Source: Yuukianura sp. NJ FZ-2021
Taxonomy: Eukaryota
NCBI GenBank assembly: GCA_046563655.1
Contig: CM102287.1
Location: 4,464,001 to 4,528,000, forward strand
Length of the DNA stretch: 64,000 nt
Direction of reading: 5' to 3'
Position numbers and translations under genes: made by a program. The notes below the pieces were generated by a model. It saw only the letters and a list, made by a program, of their open reading frames with translations, was not told the DNA's origin and ran no database searches. The first letter of the stretch is position 1, and every line of letters begins with the position of its first letter. Shown piece after piece: positions 1-13,200 of the stretch.

Positions 1-1610
1 GGAAAGCCAAAGGCTGCAGAGAGCTTGTCTGAAGAAGCAACTGAAATGCAGACCACGTTCTGCCTTCCATTTCCATTCCGCTGTCTCTCTCATCAGAAAG
101 AACAAAGGAAAAGGCAGCCCCACTTTCTTTCTACAGACACGAACTTACTATACACTTCGCTCTGCTCGGAATTTAAAGAAAACCAGGTAGGAAATCCAAT
201 GACGAATTTTTATTTCCAGCCTCTTCTCTCACTTCGGAATTAAAACCCGAATCCAAAGTCGCACTCAAACGTACGTTTTTAAGGCCTAACCTGAAAACCT
301 AACTTCCCTCCCTCTCTACGGACTCTTACAGCTTAACAATTGTAATTTATTCATGAAATTTGCCGGTGAGTGAGCAGAAGAGACGCTCTCTGATGACTTT
401 CTCGACTTCACTTACTCGAATCCTCCCTCCCCACAATCAACCCCTACTTCCCCCGCCCCCAATTTCAAAATTATGTTTTGTGCAATTACCTTCTGACAAT
501 TTCCCTCCTGTAACACGAGATTCACAGCGCCAGTTCCGTAAAACCAGAAACACTATCACAAACTTTCAAGTTATTCAACTTTTACCGTCTTTCAACTTTT
601 GGATATTTTCAAATTTCAAAAAATTATCCGAATTTTCTAATCCACGTTCAGTAAAACCTTTGCCAAAAATCATGAAAACAGTTCAGAACTTTGATTTTGA
701 CAGGAACTATAGCACCATTTAAAACGAGGTTTAACAACGGCGCTCAAGCACTCACAGCACTACTTTTTTCAAACTGAACTTTTGTTCTACTTTTTCCAAA
801 AGTTCTAAATTTTCCGAATTTGGAAAAAGGTGTTGATGAGTCAGAGGAGTTGAAAAGACAAAAGAGGAAGGAACAATGAAGGTGACAACTACTCTCCTGT
901 CTTATTTTGAACAGACTCCACTAAATTCTGGCTCAAAAGAATTAGAGAGTGAGTCACCCCGAAGAACAGAAAGACTCTCAATTGTTCCTTATCCACTCCA
1001 AGTCCACTTCCACAAACACTTCCCTCGGCCTAATCTAATTGTAGCTAAACCTAACAACACTTTGACCTCAAACTGACCTCCACACCCCACCATAGTCCCA
1101 CCTGATCCCCAGCCACACAAATTCCTAACGCCAACATTGCCAGCATAACCTAACATAGCTTCCAAATTACAACTTCTTTCTTTATTCTAACTTTCAACTT
1201 TTAGTTTTATTTCGACCCAAAAAAAACTTCCTTCTAGCTAAAACAAAGTACAAAAACTTTCATCAGCTTTTCATTTTTCCAATTCGCAAAATTTTTGAAG
1301 AAGCTTGAACGCCATTTTTATAAAATCATTTGTAAAAGATCTGAAATTATTTTTTACAATCAAGTTCAAACAGGGATTTCAATTCGCTAAAATTCACGAG
1401 AAAAAAAAAGTAAAGTTAACCTTAGTTTACTCACTGTCGATGCCTTGGAGATTGAATCTGTATGAAGTAACATTATGTTTGGTTAACCTGATTAGGCTAA
1501 GGTTAAGCTAATGTTATGCCATGCTTCATCAAATTGAACATGTTAGGTTATGGTAAAGAGATTGTCTATAAAAAATGCGACGCAGGTGACACTGGGAGCC
1601 TCACTTTGTC

Positions 1611-2427
1611 CGAAGCAGGTGAATTCGTAAACTCAATTTCGTAAACAGTCAACTCGTAAACACGCAATTCGTAAACCGTCAATTCGTAAACACCCTAATT
1701 CGTAAACATGCGAACTCGTAAACAACCAAATTCGTAAAACTCTCAATTCATAAACATGGCAATTCGTAAACAAGGGCAATTCCTAAACATCTCAATTCGT
1801 AAACAGTCAATTCATAAACGCAGTGAATTCGTAAACATTCGAATTCGTAAACTTCATACCAAAAAATATATATTTTTCCCCCGCAAATGAAATTTCAAAT
1901 TTTTGGAAATTTTTGACCTTTGAAAATTCTCCATAAGGTTACATGTTAATTTTTTTTTTTTGAAATTTTTTTTATTCAGTTTATGGATTTAATTGCAGCT
2001 AGTCATAAAACAGTGATGTTTTACTGAATTAGCCGAGCGAAGCGAGGCCCGTTAGGTTTGGTTAGGAATAAAAAAAATTCAGAAAAAAATTAGCATGTAA
2101 CCTTATGGGAAATTTTCAACTTTCAAAAATTTCCAAAAATTCGAGATTTCATTTGCGGGGGAAAAATCCATATTTTTGGTATGGAGTTTACGAATTCGAA
2201 TGTTTACGAATTCACTGCGTTTATCAATTGACTGTTTACGAATTGAGATGTTTAGGAATTGCCCTTGTTTACGAATTGCCATGTTTATGAATTGAGAGTT
2301 TTACGAATTTGGTTGTTTACGAGTTCGCATGTTTACGAATTAGGGTGTTTACGAATTGACGGTTTACGAATTGCGTGTTTACGAGTTGACTGTTTACGAA
2401 ATTGAGTTTACGAATTGACCCGGAACC
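1611..2427. mobile_element. Non-autonomous foldback-type DNA transposon (MITE), probably Mutator/MULE superfamily
   Basis: About 365-bp terminal inverted repeats (about 1611-1978 and 2066-2427), each with about 15 copies of AATTCGTAAAC-like units at 15-17 bp spacing. Perfect 9-bp direct repeat CACTTTGTC on both flanks (1602-1610, 2428-2436). The outermost ~7 bp of the TIRs are mismatched. No transposase ORF. Confidence 0.9.
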
Positions 2428-4628
2428 CACTTTGTCAAATTATGGGCTGAATTGAGTTTGAGGAGAGAAAGGCGGAGAAAGTGTGAGTTTGAAAGTGTGG
2501 AGTTATCACCTCAGTCACTCTTTTTGAACAGAGTTCACACCTTGTGTCTCCTGAGACGGTTCTGGATGTGACATGAGTCCATTACGAGATTGGATGGTTA
2601 GCTCCACATGGTTTGTGTGCTTAGATGGATGGATCTAGCCCACTTTAGGCAGTATGATGCTGCCAGCATCGCAGCAGCATCACTCCTAATATCACTTCCA
2701 ATGGAACCAGGTGTGAAGGCAATCACGATTCTCCCCAAATCCCATTCTTTTTCCTACGTTAGCCTAACCGAACAAACCGGGTTATGTTAAAGCCCTATCC
2801 TAAACCAGGTCAAATGCTAAGCACAAACCCTGACCCCTCAATTTACCAAAAAACTTCAATTCTCAATTGAAACCAACGGTGAATAGCTAAAACACAATGG
2901 ATTCCTTTCATTTATCAGAAGGCAAACAGAGATGCGTTTCTCCCCGGGAAATTTTAAAAAACCGGTTCCGGGTATTTCTGTTTACCGGGTTAAATTCGGG
3001 TTTTGCTGGCATGAGTTTGCTTTAGACGCGGGAAATACCGGACTTTTTCTGTAATGCCCGGTTTGGTCGCAACTCTGGCGATGGGTAACCGACTCCCGTG
3101 ACAATTTAGCTTTTAGACAAAAAGGATTTGATCCAGGAGGGAGATTTTGAATTGTTCGTGTGGCAAAGAATGGGAAAGTGTGGGGAGCAGGTAGGGACAC
3201 AAGCCAATGGGATTTAGGAAGAATGGGACAGGTGAGACTGTCCATTGTTCGCATCCAATCCCCCATCAATTCTCTACAAAGCTACGCCTCATTGCTTTCT
3301 GTTGTTTCAATCTCCCATAAACAATAGACACCAATCTCTACCCATCATTTCAAAATTTCAAAAAGAAAACTTGATTTTTGAAATAAAAAATCTCACTGTG
3401 ACTTTCACTTTGAAATTCAAAATATGTAAGCAAAATCAAATACAAAAAATAAGACCAAAAAAAGACACAAACACTAAACAGTTTTTCATTCCGAATTTTG
3501 AAAATTTCTCTCAAATCTCAGGAGCGTGGGAGAACTTTAAAATGCCAAGCTTTTTTACTTTGAAATTCATTGCAGATCGATTTCAGTACGAAAAAAAATC
3601 TGAAATTTTGTTAAATTTTCGAAAATTGGAAATTGAGTTGACCCAGATGCCAAAAAGTAAAACTTATTTTGAGTTTCTGTTTCTAACAAAGTTTGAGTTC
3701 CTGCAAAACAGTAATTTTTTTTTCTCCGTGGGAAGTGCTTTTTCGGTTTATCAATGTTCAAGGGACGAAATCCAGCGTAGCATAGCAAGAGCACTTAAGT
3801 TCTGGAAGGGCTTGGCAGTATTTTCCCAGGGGTACTTTTGAGCCTCTCCTGCATCACAGAGGGAAGCAATCAACAATTCAGGAGAGACTTAAAGGGCCTT
3901 TGATTCATCTGTACAGGACCAGGGGCCCTTGACGAACAAGCCATATGGGCTCCTACCTAGGCCCTTAATCCCCCAGATCAAATTAGATGAGGACCAGAGA
4001 TTCTCATCAGAGTGACATCCCCCATACCCCACCCCCGAGGGGGGGGCCTTATTCATAGACGGAAGCCCAGGGGGGTTCTCATGGGGGGCCCTTCAGAAAC
4101 TGGGGTTAAGGGTGGGTAAAGACGAGTCAAAAAGCACCTCTGTTCCCCCGTTCTAATAACAAAGAGAAACCTTATTTATGAGCACCTATTCTGCCCAACT
4201 GTCGATTCCAGACCCACTTTCCCCTGCCACCGTTAACTTAACTTCTCAAGGAGAGCCACCAAGGGCCCCACCCAAGTGGGTCCAACTTATGAGCCACCAG
4301 AGGTGGGTCTAAGTGACTATGGCTCGCTTCCAAATTATCTTCCAGCAGAAATCATCCCATTGTCTCTTCGACACTTCCAGGCCCCACCGCCCCCTTCTCC
4401 CTCCCCCCTCTGACTCAGCATCTCCAATGAAAGTGAAACAGACTTCTAAGGTTAGGTTAAGCATTAGGTTAGGCTGCCTAACGTAATGGAAGTTGAGAAG
4501 ACAGAAGTGGAAGATCCAGGAGGGAGTAACTAGGTCTCTTTGTGTATTTAGATTAAATTAAGGTTGGAAGGAGACGATAAAAGGCTCGAACATAACCATC
4601 AATTACTTTTAATTCCAGGCACTTGGCC

Positions 4629-4700
4629 TCACACGGCACAGGGGACTCGAACCCACGGCTCTTAACTTTCCAACTCAAGAACTGCACCAGACCAGGAGTC
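4629..4700 (-). pseudogene. Degenerate tRNA-derived sequence (possible SINE head)
   Basis: Minus strand has a B-box/T-loop GGTTCGAGTCC in a gtggg/cccct stem, followed by ccgtgtgag. No complete cloverleaf. Confidence 0.35.
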
Positions 4701-7700
4701 CCTCTCCACCTAAATTGTCTTTAATTAACGTCAATTGATCCTCAACACTCATCATCTTCCACTTCCAGAACCTTCTTCCTCCCTTCCCCCAAACACTGCC
4801 AGATCACCAATTTAAACCCAATAATCAAACACTAAAAGTACACTGCTCCCTCCAAAACTTAACTTTTACGAAGGTACATAACCTAACATGAACAACAGAA
4901 ACTAAAAATAACCTAACATGAACAACATAACCTAACATATTCTTGGTAAACACTCCAACTTGACTCTGTCCAACGAGAAAAATAGCTTGAACATTTTATG
5001 ACACTCTGCCAGAACCAGCTTCTTCTAATTCAATCAACAAAACAACATTTTTTTTTCCAAAAAATTCCAAAAACTGCCAGATACTTAACGAAACTAAGCT
5101 AATATGGTCAAATCCAACACAATTTTAACTAATTGCGCAAAAACTAACTTAATTCTAACTTGGTTTAACGTTAAAACTGAATTCCTGAAAATTCTTTAGC
5201 AAAAAAAAAATAGTAACTACGGAGAAAGTCAATTTTAATTTTTCGGACGAACGAGAAAGTTTTTTTCTGGATCAAAATAAAAGTCAACTTTTGTTTTTAG
5301 CAAAAAGCTGATTTTCGTTCACTTGTAAATGAAAAGCTGAGAAACTGTGTGCGGGAATCAATAAATTTGAACGTTATGGTTAGGTTATGTTAGCTTCAAA
5401 AGAGAAAGTGTTTTGACAAAGAAAGGAAAGTGAAAGGAAGGAAATCAATCAAGGAGCAATTAAGCACCAGCGAGCAAAGCCCGTCCCACCTCCATTCAGA
5501 TTTGGCCAGTCGCCATATTGGAGAAGCCAAGAAACGAAGTTTTGGCGGCAGGGAATTCAACTTTTTGAAAAACTTTTTCTTTTTTTGAAACATTTGGGCT
5601 GATCGCTCACTTTCACCTCATCTGGAGTTGACGCCCAAGTTCCTAATGTTCCTCAGCCAGACAAATGCTTTCTAAGAGAACAAATGGGCAGGTAGGGTGG
5701 TGTGTCGGAAGAGAACAAATGACTCCAGCACCTCTCCCACCCATTTGTCTCCCTGATTACACACGACACACGCCAAGGACTTCAATCAGGGGGCGGGGGA
5801 CTGTCTTGGCAACACTCCTCAACATACCTTACCCCATTCTTCCACACTGACAACCCACGTCCACGCCCCACTTCGTCCCACACCAATTCAAATCCCTAGC
5901 ATTCTTACACTTCCAACTCAAAACGAGGTCAACTGAGGTCACCAAAGGTCAAATTTCTCAAAAATTCAAAAATTTCCTACTAAACTTCCAAATTCCGAAA
6001 CCAGCAGCGGTCAACTTTTCACTCTACAATTCAAATGTGCTGCTAAATTTACTTCCAACTTCTGAAAATAGGCAGCAGCACAGGTCAAATGTTCAGAAAT
6101 TCAAAAATTTCCCAAGAAACCTCCGAAATTTGTTGGCGAAAAAACGCGCAAAATATCATTTCCAATGCTAAAACAAGGCAGAATTGAAGATTAGAAATTT
6201 TCTTCTTTTTTTCATCTTTGGACCGAAAAACAATAGCGCGTTTGCGTTATTATGCCGATAAATATGGTAGTTACTCATTTTTTTTCCTCCTTTTTTTTCA
6301 AAATTTAAATTTTGATTTTTCGTCCTGTCGCATCCCCTAGTGCTGTCAAGTTGACAAATGTTGTGAATCCAGGTGCTTGTGCTTTTAGAAAGCCTTGAAG
6401 GGTGGGGAGGAGGACTTGAAGGGAGCAGACGGAGAAAGTAAACAAGGCTCCCCTGTGCATCTGGTGCGTCAAGTATCATTAGGGGGGCAGTTGACGTAAA
6501 GTGGAAAGTAATGAAACAGCTCCCCTTTCACCTCCGGGCTACAAAGTGTGGATTGGGCCTAGGAATACGTGCAGCTCACGCCAAACAGATCCACTTTCTC
6601 CACCTAACCTAACAAAAACCTAACGTTATGGCGAGGTGAGAGTTGAATTGAAAAAGGTGAGAGATGAGCCATGCTTTCTCCTGCCCGATTTCTCTCTGCT
6701 CAGGAATTCCCTCGGGACAGTCGGCTCTTGATTGGGCAGAACACTGCTCAGAACAGACGTCGGCAGTAGAAATCAAGCTCAGAACAGACATGAGGTTGAG
6801 GTGGAAATGAGCACAGAAGAGAGGGAGAGAGATGTGCTAAACAGGTGACGCTGCCACAACGTAAAATCAATAGCCCTCGAAGTGGGGGAAAGCAAGAGAA
6901 AGTTTCCAGTTTTCACCTCCATCGCCACGTTTCCATCATGCAATCACCACTCATCCATCTCTCCTCCTCATTATCCCCACCCACCAACTACCTCCCCCCT
7001 CCTCAGATTCCAAGCTATTGATTCCCGCTAACTCCAACCAGCATGAGTCACATGACTCATCCAAATTACCCTCGCGCCATACCTTCCTCCCCTCCCCCCG
7101 TGTGGAGGGGAGGGGAGGGAGAAAGTAGAAGGGCTCCAACCCCAGTGGAATCCATTACGACTCTTACTGGACAAAGACTACAAACTCCCCTCCACACGTT
7201 CACCCTTCCCCCGTTCAAAGTAAAAGTCTGTTTGAATCCCCCCTTGATTTGGAAAGAAGTGAAAGTAAAGAATTCAGAGCACATCGCACTGCTCCAAATT
7301 ACACTCAAACCCTCAACAAGACGCCTTAATTAATCCACAACTACAAGACGCCACTCCAACATCCAATGCACCTTTCACCAAAATCAATTTTCACTTACAT
7401 ACAAAATCAATTTGATCTTTGACCTCGCTCTAACCTGCAAACACCTTGACCTTAAACCTCACTCTAGCAATTTTCCTTCAATTTCACCTCCATATGTAAT
7501 GACTTTGCCTCAAACTAGCCTCGAATATCCCCAAGTCAAAAATAGTTGAAAACTGCAGTGACTAATATTGGATTTTTCTTGTTCTTTTTTGAAATTTTTC
7601 AGTTTTTTCCCGCTCTTACATAATTTATTTTGGAAATTCTTTACGTTTACATAACTTGCTGTTCGTTCTGTTGTTTTTTAATTTGAAACGAAGTTCGAGA

Positions 7701-8529
7701 AGGTGGAAAAAATTTGTGGTCGTAAACAAATTTGGAGCTGAGAGCGGCAAAGTGAAAGTGAAAGATGCGCCGGCGCAGCGTTTTCTCACAAGCATTCCTT
7801 AACGTCCACAGAGTTAGATGACTTGGAAAACAAGGTGAGTGTGTGAATATTGAATAATAATTCAGCCAGAACTTTGGAACTGAAAGGAAATCCATTTCAC
7901 TTCAAATTTCCAAACTCCCTAAAACACTGCTTTCGCTCAAGGTGAAAGTAGCTAAGGTAAAATTGCTTGGCTTCCTTAGTTGGGCTAGACAGGAGTTTGG
8001 TGGAGTGGGGACCCATTAGTTTCAATAATTCCAGAAGATCCACTTCCTTCCTGTGGCGGCGGCACAAGGAAGTTGATTCATAATTCAGAACCCTTGTCAG
8101 ATCCTCCTAATCTACCCAAACAATGTTGGACAGCACACGGCTCCCCGGAGAAAGCAGTGAAAGCATTTCATTTACAAACTGTTGAGACAAACCTACCCTA
8201 ATATTAACCTAACATAACAAAAACCTTCCCGGGATTTCTCTCCTGTCAGACTCAATTGCCTCGGCAGCACCAAGGGACGAGGAAAGCGGATCTCTTACCT
8301 CCGCCAACTCAGCACAGCACCCACCTTCACCTGCCCCTTCTTTGTGTTGACTCAGCCAAAAATCTACAAAACCCATACCGTAAACTTCCCAATAAACTCA
8401 CGATACCGTAAACTTGAAAAAAGTGAACAGGAAACTACCCTCACTTTCACTAGAGAGAAAGCCAAAATTCTAAAGTTCCAAATAGGGTAGTGGATCATGA
8501 GAGGAAAATTTACCCCAATTCCACGGCTT

Positions 8530-8601
8530 GGCTGGATAGCTCAACGGTAGAGCGCTCGCCTTGTAAGCGAGCGGTTGGGTGTTCAAGTCTCCCTTCAGCC
8601 T
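8530..8601 (+). tRNA. tRNA-Thr (anticodon TGT)
   Basis: 72-nt cloverleaf: acceptor GGCTGGA/TTCAGCC plus T73, D-arm GCTC/GAGC, anticodon stem CTCGC/GCGAG with loop CT-TGT-AA, T-arm GGGTG-TTCAAGT-CTCCC (one T:T mismatch). Followed by a T7 run. Confidence 0.85.
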
Positions 8602-8604
8602 CAC

Positions 8605-8611
8605 TTTTTTT
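8605..8611 (+). terminator. RNA polymerase III terminator (T7)
   Basis: TTTTTTT starts 4 nt after the tRNA discriminator base. Confidence 0.7.
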
Positions 8612-10141
8612 ACATCCGCCATCTTTAACGCATAAAATCCATTTCCATATACAGAGTCCTTTTTTGTAACTCGTGATCTACTCGTTAAATTCGTATTGGC
8701 GCGGGTATGGTTGATCAAAGGTAAAAACAAAAACGTTTCATTAACTGGATGGACAAAAAAAATCACACAAAAAATTTGAGTGGATTAGATTCAAACTAAT
8801 TCGAAAGAAATATAAAATTGTGGAAAACTTTCTCTTTTTGCAAGAAGACGCTCTCTTATTTTTTTCTTTTGCCAACTTTTTTGAAAACTCACGGTAACCA
8901 GATCCAATTTTTTGTATTCTTTGAAATACACCTTGAGATTCTTGAATTTTGGCAAGATTTCAGGTAGTGTTTTCACTGTGTAAAAGATTCCCTGCTGCTT
9001 TTGTGATTTCTGTGGAACGTGAGAACACCTTTCCACAGGAGAAACGGAATTGCCAAAAACCCAGACAAAGGATGGGACGGGAAGAGGAGGCTTCAGGGCC
9101 TATTTTTAGAAATTGCTCACTTTGAAAGCTTAGGTTTTACGTTAGGTTTAGAATAGGTTCAGATTAGGTTTAAGTTAGGCTAAACCATATCTTTCCAGTC
9201 CATTGAAACACCAAACCAGGTGGCGAACAAGTACAATAGCACATATCAGTTCAAACGAACATCAGCCAAAAAATCATAACAAATTCATTTTTCAAAAAAT
9301 TCCGATTTCATCTCTGCACAAAAATAGCAATTCACAAATTTTAAAATTTTCAGCACTCCAAATTTGCAAGAGTCCACTTTCCAAGTTCCAGTTTTTTCAA
9401 TGTTGCATGTTTCTAGTTTTATGAATGACCCGAAATTTCCAAATTTTGAGGTTAGGGATAAATTTTTTCATATTTTTGGGAAAAGTGCTGGGGAGAGCTA
9501 AGTCCTAAATCAAAGACTTTTAGCGGCCAAATCCGCAAGTCAATATTGGCTCTCTCCTTCTCAAATGTCACCTGAAGAGAAAAGGGACCAGAGACAAATC
9601 TTTTCCAAAGTGATATTTTCTAAATGCCACAAGAAGCTTTTAGTCCAAAAGTCCTAAAAGCCTCCTGGTCACCCACTGCACTTTGACCTTACTTTCTCCT
9701 GGCTCTGATCACTCTGATATTAAATATCCTTCGTGGACTCATTCCAGAAGAAGAGAATGGTCCAGACGCTAGGACGGAGAATGGTGATTGGACGATGGGA
9801 GAAGAAGCAGGTGACTGTGTTGATGTAACTGCTGTCTCCAAATGGAACGGAAGAAAAGGCGCCGAAGGGAGCAGAACCACGGCTCCAATTTCACTAAATT
9901 GGAAAACCACTTACGCCCCATCACCCACCTTCACTTTCACTCCCGAATCATCTTCATTTACATCACAAACACACTTTTCGAAAAAGAAAAAAAACCAAAA
10001 AAAAATGCTTCAAACTTTTTAAAAAACCCAACCAAAGTTGAATTATTAGAATACCTTCAACTCAACTAAAAACTAACCAGAAAGCATGCTGGGTATACCC
10101 AGCAGAAAAAAGTAGACGACGTTTTGCAAAATGTGTGAATA

Positions 10142-10200
10142 TGGTGAAATGGCGAAGCCTCTTAGCGCAAATTGAGTAGCCGCCGGTTCGAATCTCACCA
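10142..10200 (+). pseudogene. Degenerate tRNA-like sequence with A-box and B-box
   Basis: TGGTGAAATGG (A-box-like) and GGTTCGAATCT (B-box, 10185-10195). The ends TGGTGA...TCACCA are complementary, but the arms are not canonical. Confidence 0.35.
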
Positions 10201-13200
10201 AGAGTGATGGCCATTAGAGTAAGAACCGTATGCCACTACTGTCATTTGCTTCGTTTTCGGTGTCATTTGGTCTCCAAAACTCAAAAATCCTCACAATTCA
10301 AATTTCAAAAGTTCAAAAAAATCCAAAATTTCATTATAGTTTGACAAAAAGTCATTTGGGTTTTGAGAGAAGACAGGGTGACAGTTTCGAAACGGAAGGA
10401 AGGCGGAAATTACCTTCTGACACGACTGACGACGTCCCTCGTTTTCCCCAAAGTCCGAACTGTCACCACGGTCCAGTCAAATTCCAAAAGGGAAATCTCT
10501 AAAATTGAATTGAACTTTTTTTTTGGTCCGCCACAGACCAAAATCCTGGCGGGAAAATCAAAATGATCATCTCTCTAACCTTTATGAAAATTTTTAGGCC
10601 TTGTGCTGCCCAGTTCTGACATACGAGGGAGCAGATGGTACCACACGGAGAAGCCAGTGTAGTGATAGATGCAGATCTGCCAATATTTCAAAAAAAGAGA
10701 AAAAAAACCACAGGAACTGGCGTTCGAACCCACGGACACGACACTGACAAAAGACCTCTACACCTCCTCCCATTTCCCAGATCAAATTCCCTCTAAGAAA
10801 GAACATGATGGACACTTTTTGCTCACACTTTCTCTTTTTTACTTTCCCGCTCTTTTTTTTCTTCTCTTGCTCCCTGACCACTCCCTCTCGTAAAAATGAC
10901 TTTTCATATTCCGCACGTCCAGCAGTGCTCCAGCATCTGTCACACGAGCAGAATTTGTCTTACGACTACCAAAAAAACCCGGGTATTAACCTTTGGGCAT
11001 CAAATCTCTCCCGGCTACTTTTATCTTCCGTCCAGGTGCTTAGGCCCAAAAGGAACATTTCTATTAAAACCCGGGTATTAGAAAGCCCGGCTTTACTTCA
11101 GTCCCTATCGCCCCTCCTCATCAACGAGGCAACAAGGGCATAAAATGCCCATGCTCCTGCCTTCTACCACCATAAAAGTGAAAGCAACGCAACCTAACGT
11201 AAAAGTGAAAGCAACCTAACCTTAACCTAACGTTAGGAGACAAGAAACCAACTTTCTTTTCTTGTTCCTATCTCACCTCCTTTCCTCTCAGTTCCCTTGT
11301 GAGGCAGCGTAAAAGGCCCATTCACGTCAGATAATTACATTGTAACTGCCTTGTAAAAATGGAGAAAAAAAAAAGAAAGTTTTTCTATTTCGAAAAAAAG
11401 TAAAAGAAAAAGAAAAAAATCTTGGAACTTTTCCTTGTACTGCTGTGAACCAAATTCAGAAAAGTTTCACTTTTAGACTTTTTTTAATCTTTGAAACACC
11501 TTGTTTAGAATCAAAAATTAATCAGTTTTAATTGAAAAACAACAGTTGTTTCAGTCAATCACTTTACGACGGAAGAAGTAAAAATCTTGTGAATCTTTTG
11601 TCAAGAATGTCACGAAAAAGAGAACGTGGAGGTGATCTCTTACTCTACAGATGAAAATTACGAATTCAAAATTTCAAAAAAGATGTAGATCTTGACAGAT
11701 CAAGATGAGTAACTTAGCGGAAAGAAAAGCTCAGGTGACTTGGCACAAACAAAGAAACAACCAACTAAATTCCCAATAGCAAAGGAAAAGAGGAAAACCT
11801 CCGTAGATGACCGTGACGAAGAGTGAGATGAGACAGAACAAACAGAATCATTTGCCAACGAATCGTGCCAAATCTTGATAAAATTTTAAAATTTAACAAA
11901 AAGAAAATTTTTACAAGAATAAAGTTCAAGCACTTTTCACGTCAAAGTCCAAGCAAAGCCAAATCAAAATTCAGCATTTCAAAAAAACAAACTTTTATGA
12001 GAAAAATCGTTTGCTCATGTTTGTATCGCATCGTCGAAAACCTGAAATTGAAATTCGTCTTTTGAATTTTTCTGCCTTTGCAATGTCACGTGAAACTTTC
12101 TGTAGAAGCCACTTCCGTTTTTTGAGCGAAATCGCTGCAGCGTTTCCTCTCCTCATTTGTATTTTCCCAGCGCCTCACAGTTCCTTTTTCCTTTCTGTTT
12201 GTGTCCTCGAGGCGACAGTCCGCAATAATTCCCTTCCCACCTTTGCAGAATCCACTGCAAGGGGACAAAGGCCCCCAAAGTGCCCTCGGCACACCGTCCC
12301 TAACCGATCTACGGCAACTGAATACAAGCGGAAGGGCTCCCTGTCCCTTGAGCCGCGTGGCTTCAGTACAAAAGAAACTCCAATGAGCATCTCCATCAGT
12401 CGCCCACGGACAGAGGGACTTTGAAATTGCATTCGAAGGGCCCAGAGCATAACCTAACCCTAGTACAGAAGAGGGGGACTTGGATCTTATCCGCCCTTCA
12501 TCGCCAGACACACGCTCTCAGCTTCCCTGGGAGCTCTGGACCAACTTCCAGCACAATCAAAATTCATCAGGACACACGGACAACCAAAGTCCCCTTTGCC
12601 ACTGTCAAGGGCCCTCTTCCCGCGTCCCTTCAAAATCCCAAAGGGCACAGAAAAGCATTAGGAATCGGAAAAATAAAATCTCTACCTTCAGCTTTCTCTC
12701 ACAAAATTAACAAACATCACACACGGTCTCGTCCCTAACCTAAACACAATCAAAATCCCACATCTCAAAACGTTACATTTCGAGTTCGTCACAAGCGTGG
12801 TTAGTTTAGCCTAACTTCAACCTAATTTCAACAAGAAAGTTAGACTAACTTCAACCATTTCAAATTTAGTTTTAGCTTAGCCCAGCTTGAACCTGTAAAG
12901 GTTATGTTAGGCTGTAATTAGTAAATTATGAGTTTGGAACAACTGATGGAGAAAGTTGGGGTTGACATGAGTCCAACGTGGTTCGTTTGTGTCCGCCTGA
13001 GTAGTTGCGTTCAAAAGGACGGTTTGATGTGCTGGGACAGATAAATTTCCACCCCCTGACCCCCTCCCCCAGCATCCAGCATTCAGCATCTCCCCTCCAT
13101 CAAGACTGAGCACTTTGAAAGTTCCCATTGTCCTCCATCTTCCGCTGCAACGCACAGACTCAATGCCTCCCTGTGTCTCCCCTGGGAAAACACTATTTCA

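Noticed and set aside
2941..3065. CCGG/CCCGGG-rich patch as a transposon end
   Set aside because: No matching inverted partner or TSD found.
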